A stretch of DNA of 64,000 bases from Roseibacillus sp. (GTDB lineage: Bacteria > Verrucomicrobiota > Verrucomicrobiia > Verrucomicrobiales > Akkermansiaceae). Positions 8,021-16,810 of this stretch are shown here, one piece after another (position 1 is the first letter of the stretch; the number at the start of each line of letters is the position of its first letter). The stretch is taken from positions 128,001 through 192,000 of the forward strand of contig JBPOGI010000006.1 in NCBI GenBank assembly GCA_051251855.1, given 5' to 3'. A program made the position numbers and the translations under genes. Below the pieces are notes generated by a model. That model had not been told where the DNA came from. It did not search any database and saw only the letters and a program-made list of their open reading frames with translations.

Positions 8021-9127
8021 TTAGCCAATCCCTACTCGTAGATCCCTCAAACTCCAGAGTTGATCCTTTGCCGCTGAAGCCGCACCTCGCATCTGCCGAG
8101 CTCCATCTTTACGTTTTTCCGGAAATCTCTCTCGGGCCGCCGCAAACGTATCGTCGACAAACGTCTTACTGCCAATCACTGCTCCATCCGTGAAATATCG
8201 CACCCGGCATCTCAGCATCCCGGCCATCCCAAGATCTGGCAACACGGTCTCATTGTCTTTGGATTCCAGCATTTCGGCCTCATTTTTTGAAACTCCCGTC
8301 TTGCCTGTTGTTTGAGCGTTGAGTTTTGAAGTTTTTCTCCCCAGCGCCAAGCCCATCGCCCTGCGGTAAATCCGTGAAACCCTCTTCCATTGTGTGGCAA
8401 GGTCTTCTGTGTCTTGCTCGGAGTATTGGTAACTTCCCGAATCGCACACCCTCACCAAGCCCGCTCTTGCTCGCTTCCCGTTGCTCTTTTTTCCACCACC
8501 CACAGCCTCACCGTAGCTGCTCCAACGATACTCCGCCGGATCTTTCACCATTCCTGCTCGCACTGGATTGAGATCAATATACGCCGCCATCGTCCGAGCT
8601 GCTGTCCCGCTCTCCACGATTACGCTCTTGAAACGATCTTCCCACAGCCCGCCCTTGCGCTTGTGAAGCCCATTGAACCACTGGGTGAAACGCTGCATCA
8701 AACCTTTCATGAACTCCCCTAAGTCATGCATCCGGTAGTCGAAGCGCTCCTTGATCTCAGTCACACGCTCAGGATTTCCTCCTTCAATACCGCCTTCATG
8801 GCGAGCCGCATCCAATTGCGCCGCTACATCCGCCACGAAAGATTCCCCGTAAAGCGCAGAAAGCCTCACCAAGAACTCGCCGTTTGAGATGCCATCCTTC
8901 GGCTTCGGCGGTACCTCCAACAAGATGTGAATGTGGTTACACATCAGGCAGTAGGATAGGACTCGACAGCCTGTAAACTTCTCCATCATCCGCATCAACA
9001 TGCGGAAATGCTCCTTTTCCTCTGCCCCGAAGGCGAACCGCCTCTCCACCACCCTGCTAACACAGTGATAAATGGCCGGTTTTGTCTCCGAATCCTTCCA
9101 GGGGGCAATCCAACGTGCGCGTCTCAT
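8021..9127 (-). CDS. REP-associated tyrosine transposase-like (Y1 HUH, IS200 superfamily) protein
   Basis: IYHCVSRVV, YCLMCNHIHILL (HUH), GGLWEDRFKSVIV, AYIDLNPVRAGMV..P.EYRWSSY. Confidence 0.9.
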   Translation of the reverse strand: MRRARWIAPWKDSETKPAIYHCVSRVVERRFAFGAEEKEHFRMLMRMMEKFTGCRVLSYCLMCNHIHILLEVPPKPKDGISNGEFLVRLSALYGESFVADVAAQLDAARHEGGIEGGNPERVTEIKERFDYRMHDLGEFMKGLMQRFTQWFNGLHKRKGGLWEDRFKSVIVESGTAARTMAAYIDLNPVRAGMVKDPAEYRWSSYGEAVGGGKKSNGKRARAGLVRVCDSGSYQYSEQDTEDLATQWKRVSRIYRRAMGLALGRKTSKLNAQTTGKTGVSKNEAEMLESKDNETVLPDLGMAGMLRCRVRYFTDGAVIGSKTFVDDTFAAARERFPEKRKDGARQMRGAASAAKDQLWSLRDLRVGIG

Positions 9128-9172
9128 GCCCCCTTCTAGCCTCTTCAGCCAAATTCGCAAGGCGATTCTCTA

Positions 9173-9192
9173 CAAAGGGTCTGTCCCTAAAA
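9173..9192. repeat. REP-like motif AAAGGGTCTGTCCCT upstream of the transposase
   Basis: Related motifs at 2836-2855 (GAAAGTTACCTGTCCCTTTC) and 15541-15558 (minus strand GAAAGGTGTCCGTCCCCT). Confidence 0.55.
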
Positions 9193-9226
9193 TTTTTGCG
9201 GGAAATTGGATGAAACGACGGCGAAT

Positions 9227-9262
9227 AAAAAAGCTGCTCCCCTGATCGGGAAGCAGCTTGTT
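9227..9262 (-). terminator. Intrinsic terminator after the PEP-CTERM gene
   Basis: aaaaaagctgctccctgatcgggaagcagctt: stem-loop followed by a T-run on the minus strand. Confidence 0.75.
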
Positions 9263-9287
9263 AGAATTGTTTTACTAAGCTAAGAGC

Positions 9288-10019
9288 TTAGGCCCGCTTG
9301 CGGCGAAGGAGGCTTAGTGAGCCGAGCCCTAGCAGAAGAGCGGATGATGGCTCGGGGACGACACATGTCAGAGACAAATTGTCAACGGACACTAGCGAAG
9401 ATCCTCCATCTACGCTTTCAATCGCATAATATACTTCTACAGAATCGAATGCGCCACTTGCCTGCGCGATATTAAAATCGAAAGTAGCAGTTTCCTTATT
9501 ATCTACAGAGGAAGAACCGGACGAGACCTCAACACCACCCAAAAAGGTTGTGTAACCAATAGTGCCAGTTGAGCCTGTATCAAATCTTGACGGCGCCGCC
9601 ATCACACCAGTAAATGAGAGATCGCAAGTGATATCAGTAACTAACTGCGACATCGACGCTTCATAGCCCGGCACAATCCCCGACTTAAGTTTGATGCCCC
9701 CAGCGTACAGACCGCCAGCGTCACCTACTGTGTCAAACATTGCGTTCTCATCAGCGTTGACCCATGAGGTAGCATCATCAGGGTCTTTAGCGTGCCATAT
9801 CCATGCGTCATCACTGCCACCAATATCGTTGAGGGTCCAACCTGGAACAGGAGATAAAGCACGGTTTGAATAATCAGCGTAATCAGCAACCCAACCCAGC
9901 GCGGGGCCTGTTTCGAAATCGCCGTTAATCAGCAAATTCTGGGCTTGAGCACTACCCGAGCATAGCAAGGTTGCTACTGCGGGGAGTGCTAACCTCTTTA
10001 TTGTTATTTTTGTTTTCAT
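9288..10019 (-). CDS. PEP-CTERM sorting-domain protein
   Basis: Signal peptide MKTKITIKRLALPAVATLL...AQA, then NLLINGDFE, and C-terminal VPEPSSALLLGLGSLSLLRRKRA. Confidence 0.92.
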   Translation of the reverse strand: MKTKITIKRLALPAVATLLCSGSAQAQNLLINGDFETGPALGWVADYADYSNRALSPVPGWTLNDIGGSDDAWIWHAKDPDDATSWVNADENAMFDTVGDAGGLYAGGIKLKSGIVPGYEASMSQLVTDITCDLSFTGVMAAPSRFDTGSTGTIGYTTFLGGVEVSSGSSSVDNKETATFDFNIAQASGAFDSVEVYYAIESVDGGSSLVSVDNLSLTCVVPEPSSALLLGLGSLSLLRRKRA

Positions 10020-10030
10020 ATAGTTTAGCT

Positions 10031-10452
10031 TTATGTCAGGTGATTTACCCACAGGACTTTCCATTGGGTAAGAAGTGATGTCATCCCATAGCAGGTCTCG
10101 TTGTCTATTTTCTGGAGTCGTCTGGCCATCGCCACTCTCCCAGATAAGGGGGAATCTAGTAAGGTGATGCCAGCTCCCTGAGCCCAGGATAGCCAATGCG
10201 TGAGATAGCGTTCGATCCGTGCGAGATTTCGCAGCTGACCTTGTTCATAAAACTGAACGCAGGATGAAAAGTGTTCGGTGAGTTTACCTTTGAGTCTTTC
10301 TAGTGAGACTCTTGAAGGGTGAACTGTGATTTGTGACTTGTGAATGACTCCCTGTGGGTTGCTTGCAGGCAGGTGATCCACACCTAGGAAGTCAAAGCCC
10401 TTGGAGACCTTCCCGATGAAGGTCTTCTGTGGATGGGTGACGAGGTCTAGCT
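10031..10452 (-). pseudogene. C-terminal remnant of a group II intron-like reverse transcriptase (domains 6-7 and thumb; no YxDD)
   Basis: LDLVTHPQKTFIGKVSKGFDFLG...FYEQ...RYLTHWLSWA. The upstream part of ORF 10648..10031 shows no RT motifs. Confidence 0.72.
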
Positions 10453-10800
10453 GAGGCTTGTGAAAGCGTTCGAATCCAGAACGAGGGCAGGTGTCAGCTG
10501 CGAATAAGGCGTACTTTTTTTGTGATCTTCCATCATGCTGGTTACAAATCACATCAGGTGAATGAAGCCCGGCCACACGTCGCACGACACCATCACTCAA
10601 TGGAGAGCGAGGGTGGTGTTGAAGGGCTTGATCTGCTGACGAAATCATCGGGAATTATTGGGCATTAAGATTTTTTAAAGATTAAGTCAACCAGAATATC
10701 CGATTTCCTGTGGGAAACAGTTAGGAAAAGCCGTCGGACGACACCTATAATTGAGTTCGACGACAATTAGAAAATGAATTGTTCCACGGCAAAATCGGGA

Positions 10801-10870
10801 GGTCATCATTCTTTCCCAACACAGCCGATAAGGACCCTCCCTGCGGTTGTGTTGGGAAAGAATGACGACC
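10801..10870. repeat. 27-bp near-perfect inverted repeat, with outer arms at 10759-10768 and 10909-10918
   Basis: ggtcatcattctttcccaacacagccg / cggttgtgttgggaaagaatgacgacc. Outer arms acgacaatta / taattgtcgt. Confidence 0.9.
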
Positions 10871-11187
10871 GGCGAATGTGTTCCACAGTTGTCGTTGGGG
10901 TTTAGTTTTAATTGTCGTTCTACAAAAGCAGGTGTTTATTCCCATGCTCATTATTTTTTCTAAAACTGCCGTGAGCTTGATCAGAAATCTGAGATCTGGG
11001 GGGTTTTGGCTCGATGTCTTTCAAGGACACGACAAGCGAAGCGCTAGGTTGACAGCTGGAAGAGATTCTTGATCTTCCAGAGTAGTAAAGCGCCCGAAGG
11101 GTGGGCAAAGTGTATCAAAGGAATACCGCCATTCAAATAGGGGGTTCGCACCAGGGGTCCTACTCAAGGGGGGCGGAGAGAAGTTAC

Positions 11188-11488
11188 CCACAGATTTCGG
11201 AGATTTTCACAGATTAAGACTTATACCACTCCGCAAACCAGAAGAGAGGAAAGGCGGGCGGTTTTGGCGAATCTCTTCGTTGTCATCATGTCCAGATATC
11301 CATATCAGGAAATGATTCCGTCTCGATCTTCACCAAAATCACCTCGCCTCATTCCTCTCTTCTGTTTCGCTACTTGGTATTATGAATGCGGTGGGAAAAG
11401 CGAGAGGCGGGATGAGAGAGTGGCCTCCATTGTCATCATCAGGAAAGCTCGTATCCCTCTGCTCTGTGAAAATCTGCGAAATCGGTGG
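11188..11488. repeat. REPIN/MITE-like nested inverted-repeat element
   Basis: Terminal IR ccacagatttcggagattttcacaga (11188) / tctgtgaaaatctgcgaaatcggtgg (11463). Internal imperfect IR at 11223-11272 / 11326-11380. Confidence 0.75.
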
Positions 11489-11508
11489 ATAAGCAAGCCT
11501 TGGGCTCC

Positions 11509-13110
11509 TTACTTGATGGCCTCACGGCATTGCTGAGCGGCTAAGGGGTATGCTTTGTTGTTTGGAGCGAGCTGGCTGGCTTTTTCGAGGTGGGGGAGGG
11601 CGGCCCGGAAATTGTTTGTTTCTAGGTAGATTTTGGACAGCCCCACATGGGCGTTGAGATGGTTTGGGGCGTGGACGAGTTGCTTGAGAAAGTGTTTCTG
11701 AGCGAGGGCTGAGTTGCCAGCTTGTAGCTCGATCATGCCGAGCTTTGCCCAGAGGTAACGGTTGCCTTCGCGGAGTTCGAGGGAGCGTTCGATGTGATGG
11801 CGGGCTTTTTGGGTTTGGTCTTGGGCGAGGTAGTAAAGGGCGAGGTGGTTGTGGGGGGCGTAGCTATTGGGGTGGGCTTTGATCGCGGCGGCGGTGAGGG
11901 TTTCCATGTTTTTCCAGGCTGGTGCGCGAAGAATGGTGAGGCAGGTCAGGGGGATGAGGATGATGACGGTGAGGAGGGATGAAATGGGGGCGGCTTGCTG
12001 AGGGGGGAGATTGAGACGTCGGACGCCTTTGGAGGCGAGGATGGTGAGGAGGAGGAAGGGGCCGGTGTAGGCGAGGTAGGAGTAGCGGTCGGGGGCGTTG
12101 GCTTCTCCGGCGACAATGAAACCGCAGACCGGGGCGAGGGTGACGAAGAAGCTGCCCCAAGCCCAAAGGAGGAGGGGGAAGGAGTGGCGGAGCCTCCATG
12201 AAAAATAGGTGAGGAGGAGGGAGAGGGTGAGTCCGAGGGTGCCTCCGGCGAAGGGGTAAGTCTGCAAGGGCTGGTAGAAATAGGAGAGAGGGTGTGGGAA
12301 GAAGATTTTGGAGAGGTAGATCCAGATGTTGTTGAATCCTACGATGAGGTTTTCGTGAGGGCTACGGGTGGCGATGACTTTGATGATGCCTTCTCCTCGG
12401 TTGAGCTGAAAGGAGTAGGTGATTCCGGCGATGATGAGGCAGATGAGGAGGTGAGGGATGAGTTTTTTGAGGGTGGGGAGGTGAGCTTTGAGGTTTTTGT
12501 GGGGAGCTTGCCATTGGGCGGTGAGGAGGAGGACGGCTGGCCAGACGATGAGGCTGGGCTTGCTCATGAGTCCGCAGGTGAGGAAGAGGAGGGAGAGGGT
12601 GTAGTTGAGTTTGGATGGCTGATGGCCGATGAAGCGTGCCCAGAAGCCGAGGCTGAGGAAGGCGAAGAGGGCGGAGAGGGTGTCTTTTCGTTCGGAAAGC
12701 CATGCCCACGATTCGACATGCATGGGGTGGAGGAGGAAGAGAAGGGTGGTGACGAAAGCAATGGGTTTGGAGACTAAGGCTTGTCCGGTGGGCTTTTGGG
12801 CGCTGTTTTCTTGGCCAGCTCCGGTAAATGGGGAGGGGGATTTGATTTGGCAGAGGGCGAAGAAGAGGGCAAGGCCCGCGAGGAGATGATAGAAAAGGGC
12901 GGAAAGGTGGTGTAGGTCGGGGTTGAGGCCGAAGAGGGTGACGTCGAGTTGGTGTGACCAGAGGGTGAGTGGGTGCCAGAGATTGAGAACTTCTGTTTTG
13001 AGGGCGAGGATGATGTTTTCGAGAGAGAGCCCGCTGTTGACGACGGGGTTTTCTGAGATGATGGCAGTGTCATCCCATGAGAGGAATTCGGTGTGATCGG
13101 AGGAATTCAT
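11509..13110 (-). CDS. Membrane TPR protein, TMTC/GT-C glycosyltransferase-like
   Basis: WDD, WHPLTLWSH, HPMHVESWAWLSERKD, DRYSYL, multiple TM helices and C-terminal TPRs. Confidence 0.85.
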   Translation of the reverse strand: MNSSDHTEFLSWDDTAIISENPVVNSGLSLENIILALKTEVLNLWHPLTLWSHQLDVTLFGLNPDLHHLSALFYHLLAGLALFFALCQIKSPSPFTGAGQENSAQKPTGQALVSKPIAFVTTLLFLLHPMHVESWAWLSERKDTLSALFAFLSLGFWARFIGHQPSKLNYTLSLLFLTCGLMSKPSLIVWPAVLLLTAQWQAPHKNLKAHLPTLKKLIPHLLICLIIAGITYSFQLNRGEGIIKVIATRSPHENLIVGFNNIWIYLSKIFFPHPLSYFYQPLQTYPFAGGTLGLTLSLLLTYFSWRLRHSFPLLLWAWGSFFVTLAPVCGFIVAGEANAPDRYSYLAYTGPFLLLTILASKGVRRLNLPPQQAAPISSLLTVIILIPLTCLTILRAPAWKNMETLTAAAIKAHPNSYAPHNHLALYYLAQDQTQKARHHIERSLELREGNRYLWAKLGMIELQAGNSALAQKHFLKQLVHAPNHLNAHVGLSKIYLETNNFRAALPHLEKASQLAPNNKAYPLAAQQCREAIK

Positions 13111-13127
13111 AATGATGAGGCTGAGGT

Positions 13128-14969
13128 TTATTGAGAGTGTTGGTCGAGCCAGAGTTGGAGGATGAGGATGGAGGCGAGTTGTTTCAGTGGAAGGAAGGTG
13201 GTGGCGTCGAGGAGGGGGCGGACTTTTTCTGGGTTTAGGAGGCCGTGGCAGGTGAAGTTTTGGGGGGCGAGGAGGTCGTGTGCTATTTTGAGGAAGGGCT
13301 TGCGCCAGGCGGGGGATTCGAGGGGGAGGTAGAAGGGTTGCTTGGGGCGGTGGGTGATGTGTTTTGGGAGGTGGCGGGAGGCGAGGGTGCGCCAGATGAG
13401 TTTGTCCTGACGACGGGAGATTTTTTGAGAGTCGGGGAGGGTGAAGGCGAAGTCGATGAGGCGGTGGTCGAGGAAGGGGGCGCGGTATTCGAGCGAATGG
13501 GCCATGGTGTTTCGGTCTTGGCGGATGAGGGACCAGTCGGGTAGCCAAGACGAGTATTGAGTGGCGAGGATTCCGCTGAGATTGGAGATGTCGAATTCGG
13601 GTTCGGTGGGAGCTTCTTGGGAGCAGAGGAGATCTGGGTTGAGGAGGGCTTGGGCTTCTGAGGGGGAGAAGAGGGAGTGGAGGCCGCTGAGTTGTTGGTG
13701 AGGGGTGAGGGTGGAGAAGTCGCGGAGGTAGGTGGTGATTTTTGCACGGCCTGCGGGGCCTAGGTTGGCTGGGAAGTTGGCGAGGTGGTCGAGGAGGAAG
13801 GAGGGGGCGGTGGAGAGGGCGGTGGCGGCGAGGCTGCGACCGAGGGGGCCGAGTTTACGGGCGGTGAGTTGGGATTTTTGGAAGGAGTATCCGCCGAAGT
13901 GTTCGTCCGGGCCTTCGCCGCCGAGGGCGACTTTTGCGCCGAGTGAGGTGGTGTGGGAGGCGAGGGCATCGAAGGCGAGGATGAGGGCATCGCCGATGGG
14001 GAGGTCCATTTGGGAGACGACGCGGGGGAGGTCGGCGAGGGAGTCGGGGGTGAGTTGGAGGGGGTGGTGATCTAGGCCGAGATAGGTGGCCGTGGCTTGG
14101 GCTTGAGGTGTCTCGTCGGATTCGGCGCCGAAGCCGAGGGAGACGGTTTTTGGAGAGGATCCGAGGTCGCGGAGGTAGTGGCCGAGGAGGGCGGAGTCGA
14201 CGCCGCCGGAGAGGTAGGCGGCGACGGGGACATCGGATTGGAGGGCAAGTTCGACGGAGGAGCGGGTGAGTGAGTCGAGGGTATCGATGGGGTCGTTTTC
14301 TCGGTCGAATGGGGAGGTGGACGGTTTCCAATATTGGGTCGTTTCTCGGGTGCCGTTTTTTTGGATGAGGGTCCAGTGGGCGGCGGGGAGGGTTTGGATG
14401 TTTTTGTAGAGAGTTTGAGGCTCGGGGAGGTAGCGGAGGGTGAGCCAGGTTTGGAGGTGCGAGGGATCGGGGGTGAGGGGGACACCGGCGGCGCGGAGGG
14501 CCTTGATTTCGGAGGCGAAGCGGAGGGGGCCGGATTCTGGTGAGGTGAGGTAGAGGGGTTTTTGGCCGCAGCGGTCGCGGGCGAGGAAGAGGGTGTCGTT
14601 TTCGTCATCGTGGATGGCGAGGGCGAACATGCCGTTGAGTTTTGCGGGGAGGTCGGTGCCCCATTCGAGGTAGGCGGCGGGGAGGATCTCGGCGTCGCAG
14701 CGGGTGTGGAAGCGGTGGCCTTTTTTTTCTAGTTCGGTGCGGAGTTCCTGCCAGTTGTAGATTTCCCCGTTGCAGATGGCGTGGATGTGGGGGGAGGAAA
14801 AGGGTTGCTTGCCGTGCTCGAGATCGAGGATGGCGAGGCGGGTCATGCCCATCGAGAAGGTGGATCCGGGGTGGGCGCCTGATCCATCGGGGCCGCGGTG
14901 TTGGAGGGTACGGAGCATGGCGCCGAGGTGATCGGGTGAGAGATGGAGGCCGCCGGCGATTCCGCACAT
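13128..14969 (-). CDS. asnB: Asparagine synthase (glutamine-hydrolysing) family amidotransferase
   Basis: MCGIAG, HRGPDG, NGEIYN, LSGGVDS, GEGPDEHFGGY, MAHSLEYRAPFLD. Confidence 0.95.
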   Translation of the reverse strand: MCGIAGGLHLSPDHLGAMLRTLQHRGPDGSGAHPGSTFSMGMTRLAILDLEHGKQPFSSPHIHAICNGEIYNWQELRTELEKKGHRFHTRCDAEILPAAYLEWGTDLPAKLNGMFALAIHDDENDTLFLARDRCGQKPLYLTSPESGPLRFASEIKALRAAGVPLTPDPSHLQTWLTLRYLPEPQTLYKNIQTLPAAHWTLIQKNGTRETTQYWKPSTSPFDRENDPIDTLDSLTRSSVELALQSDVPVAAYLSGGVDSALLGHYLRDLGSSPKTVSLGFGAESDETPQAQATATYLGLDHHPLQLTPDSLADLPRVVSQMDLPIGDALILAFDALASHTTSLGAKVALGGEGPDEHFGGYSFQKSQLTARKLGPLGRSLAATALSTAPSFLLDHLANFPANLGPAGRAKITTYLRDFSTLTPHQQLSGLHSLFSPSEAQALLNPDLLCSQEAPTEPEFDISNLSGILATQYSSWLPDWSLIRQDRNTMAHSLEYRAPFLDHRLIDFAFTLPDSQKISRRQDKLIWRTLASRHLPKHITHRPKQPFYLPLESPAWRKPFLKIAHDLLAPQNFTCHGLLNPEKVRPLLDATTFLPLKQLASILILQLWLDQHSQ

Positions 14970-15000
14970 GAGTGAAAGCTAAAGGAAAGATGAATCTGGA

Positions 15001-15062
15001 GCTCTTCTGAATGCCTCGGAGCTTGCCCCGGGCTCTTCTGAATGCCCCAGGGTTTCTTTACT
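15001..15062. repeat. Short duplicated palindromic element (GCTCTTCTGAATGCC x2 around CCTCGGAGCTTGCCCCGGG)
   Basis: 15-mer at 15001-15015 and 15032-15046, with a small hairpin between. Confidence 0.7.
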
Positions 15063-15220
15063 TCTGCTAGGGAGTTCCTGCTTCATATCGCCATTTCACA
15101 CCAACTCAAAACCAGGTCAAGACTTTGAAAGATGCCTGACATGTTTTACTATATATAGTGATGGTGTTTGTAGGGGGGCGAGGGCTCGCAACTTACCCGC
15201 CCCAAATTATCGTTATTCGC

Positions 15221-15538
15221 TCAGGCTCTCTTACGGCGTAGGAGGGCTAGTGAGCCGAGACCTAGGAGAAGGGCTGATGATGGCTCTGGGATAGGTGCTC
15301 CATAGAGTGCCTGCGCTCCTGCAATGTCATCAGCTTGCGGTCCTGAAAATGCTTCACTATAGGTGGGATTCAGTAGTGAATCTGGGACATCAGTGTGGCC
15401 TAACCCAATGGCGTGACCAATTTCATGGGCGGCAACGAAGAAGATGTCAAAACCAAACCCTCCTGCTGGGGTCTTCCAAGGATCACCTGTGTCAAAGTGA
15501 AGATCACCGTGGAATCCTGATTCAGATCCGAGGGTCTG
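15221..15538 (-). pseudogene. 5'-truncated matrixin (M10 metzincin) with PEP-CTERM tail
   Basis: Hand translation: ...GDLHFDTGDPW...FDIFFVAAHEIGHAIGLGHTDVPDSLLNPTY...DDIAGAQALYGAPIPEPSSALLLGLGSLALLRRKRA*. No start codon; in-frame TAG directly upstream. Absent from the ORF track. Confidence 0.9.
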
Positions 15539-15569
15539 CTAGGGGACGGACACCTTTCAGGACGTTCGT

Positions 15570-16301
15570 TTAACTCACGAACAAGTGTCTTCGATGCCAT
15601 TGAAGAGCTTCTTGGGACGGGAGGTTTTTTTCGGGCAACGTAAGGGGTTGCCCCTCTCTCGATGTCAGGGTCTTTTCGAGTTCTTCGTTAGGCAGGAAGT
15701 CTGAGATCCGAGAGCCAATCAACAACCGGTAGTCGTCATCAAAGGAGATGAGGCCACGGTCGAAGGCGGCATCGAAAGTGGCGGAAAGGCAGAGGCCGTT
15801 GGTAGGCTTGAGGCGTAATTCCTCTGACTGTGACCATGGGATGATGTGAGAGGCACGGAGTAGGTCGGGCACGGGGTTCCCTGTGACGCAGCAACGGTTT
15901 TGGTAGGTTGCTAAGATTGTGCGGCGAAAGAAGGACTGATGGCGCCGAGTCTTGGTGAGTGAAAGGCTTTCGCTTGGTCCAACGGGTTCGGTAGGTTCGA
16001 CGGGTTCCTTGTCTAACAAGGGCTCGGATTCTTCGGCGAGGGCGGGGAGGTTGTTCTCGAATTCGTGCCAGATTTCGCGATCAAGATTGCTGGCTCCGGA
16101 GAGGCCTTTTATGCCCCTTTTCTTCTCAATGGGATCCAGCGAGGTGAGGTTGTTGAGTTTCATCGAAATTGAGCCGGGAGTTCGGCCTAGTTTTTCCGCT
16201 AACTCAACGATGGGCGGATAGGTGCTGTGTTGCTTTCCAAAGGGAGTGCGATGATACAAGTTGAGCGCTTGAAGTAATTCCTCTCGGGTCCATCGGGCCA
16301 T
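15570..16301 (-). CDS. HNH endonuclease (putative restriction-type)
   Basis: WTREEL..ALNLY, GRTPGSISMKL, QSFFR..IL..Y..RCCVTG, LRASHIIPWS, NGLCL...D.AFDRGLI, WHR. Confidence 0.9.
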   Translation of the reverse strand: MARWTREELLQALNLYHRTPFGKQHSTYPPIVELAEKLGRTPGSISMKLNNLTSLDPIEKKRGIKGLSGASNLDREIWHEFENNLPALAEESEPLLDKEPVEPTEPVGPSESLSLTKTRRHQSFFRRTILATYQNRCCVTGNPVPDLLRASHIIPWSQSEELRLKPTNGLCLSATFDAAFDRGLISFDDDYRLLIGSRISDFLPNEELEKTLTSREGQPLTLPEKNLPSQEALQWHRRHLFVS

Positions 16302-16413
16302 AGTGTGAGATTAGGAAGAAATTTCAGAGGTGTCGAGAAAGGGGGCAGTGAAGACTAGCCCGAATTTCTCACGGGACATGAGAGATTCGCCCGTAGGGCC
16401 GACTTTTTCGGGG

Positions 16414-16665
16414 CTAGGATTGTTCCTGAAGTTGTTTCTCGATAATGGCGAGAATTCGGGAGTAGTTGTCGGCTATCCATTGTGCTTCCGTCGCGTTGGA
16501 GCACTCTTTGAAATTTTGAGGAAATTCGGTGAGCTTGCCGGAGTGCCAGTCTGCGGTTTGTTGCCACTCCTGCTGTCGAGATGACATTCCTTCAAGGATT
16601 TGCCATAGGTCAAGGCGACTGAGTTTGATGGTGATTGTTTCCTCTTGAGGAGTTCTTCCGGCCAT
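16414..16665 (-). CDS. Hypothetical protein (83 aa)
   Basis: Clean ORF. Its 5' half is duplicated upstream with many synonymous differences, which supports coding. Confidence 0.65.
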   Translation of the reverse strand: MAGRTPQEETITIKLSRLDLWQILEGMSSRQQEWQQTADWHSGKLTEFPQNFKECSNATEAQWIADNYSRILAIIEKQLQEQS

Positions 16666-16810
16666 TGGTCATGGTAAGAATTTTTGGGAAATATGGCTAC
16701 CGACTATGAGTATCATTGGGCTTTCTGTGGTGAGGAAGGAAAGTGACGCATCGGAGGGGATCGAGGTTTATGCCGGTGCGGGTGAATTGGAGCGAGATTT
16801 GGGGGGAGCA

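Noticed and set aside
10460..10480. tRNA T-arm-like GTTCGAATCC here and at ~37009
   Set aside because: No cloverleaf can be folded, and the second copy is inside a CDS.
10031..10920. Functional retron or diversity-generating retroelement
   Set aside because: The RT lacks YxDD and its N-terminal domains. The duplicated gene tails differ mainly at synonymous positions rather than specifically at adenines.
11509..13548. 679-aa start for the TPR gene, and similarly extended starts for rfbC (4958) and the oxidoreductase (8028)
   Set aside because: The extensions are Pro/Arg/His-rich read-throughs of overlapping genes or junction DNA caused by the C-rich strand bias.
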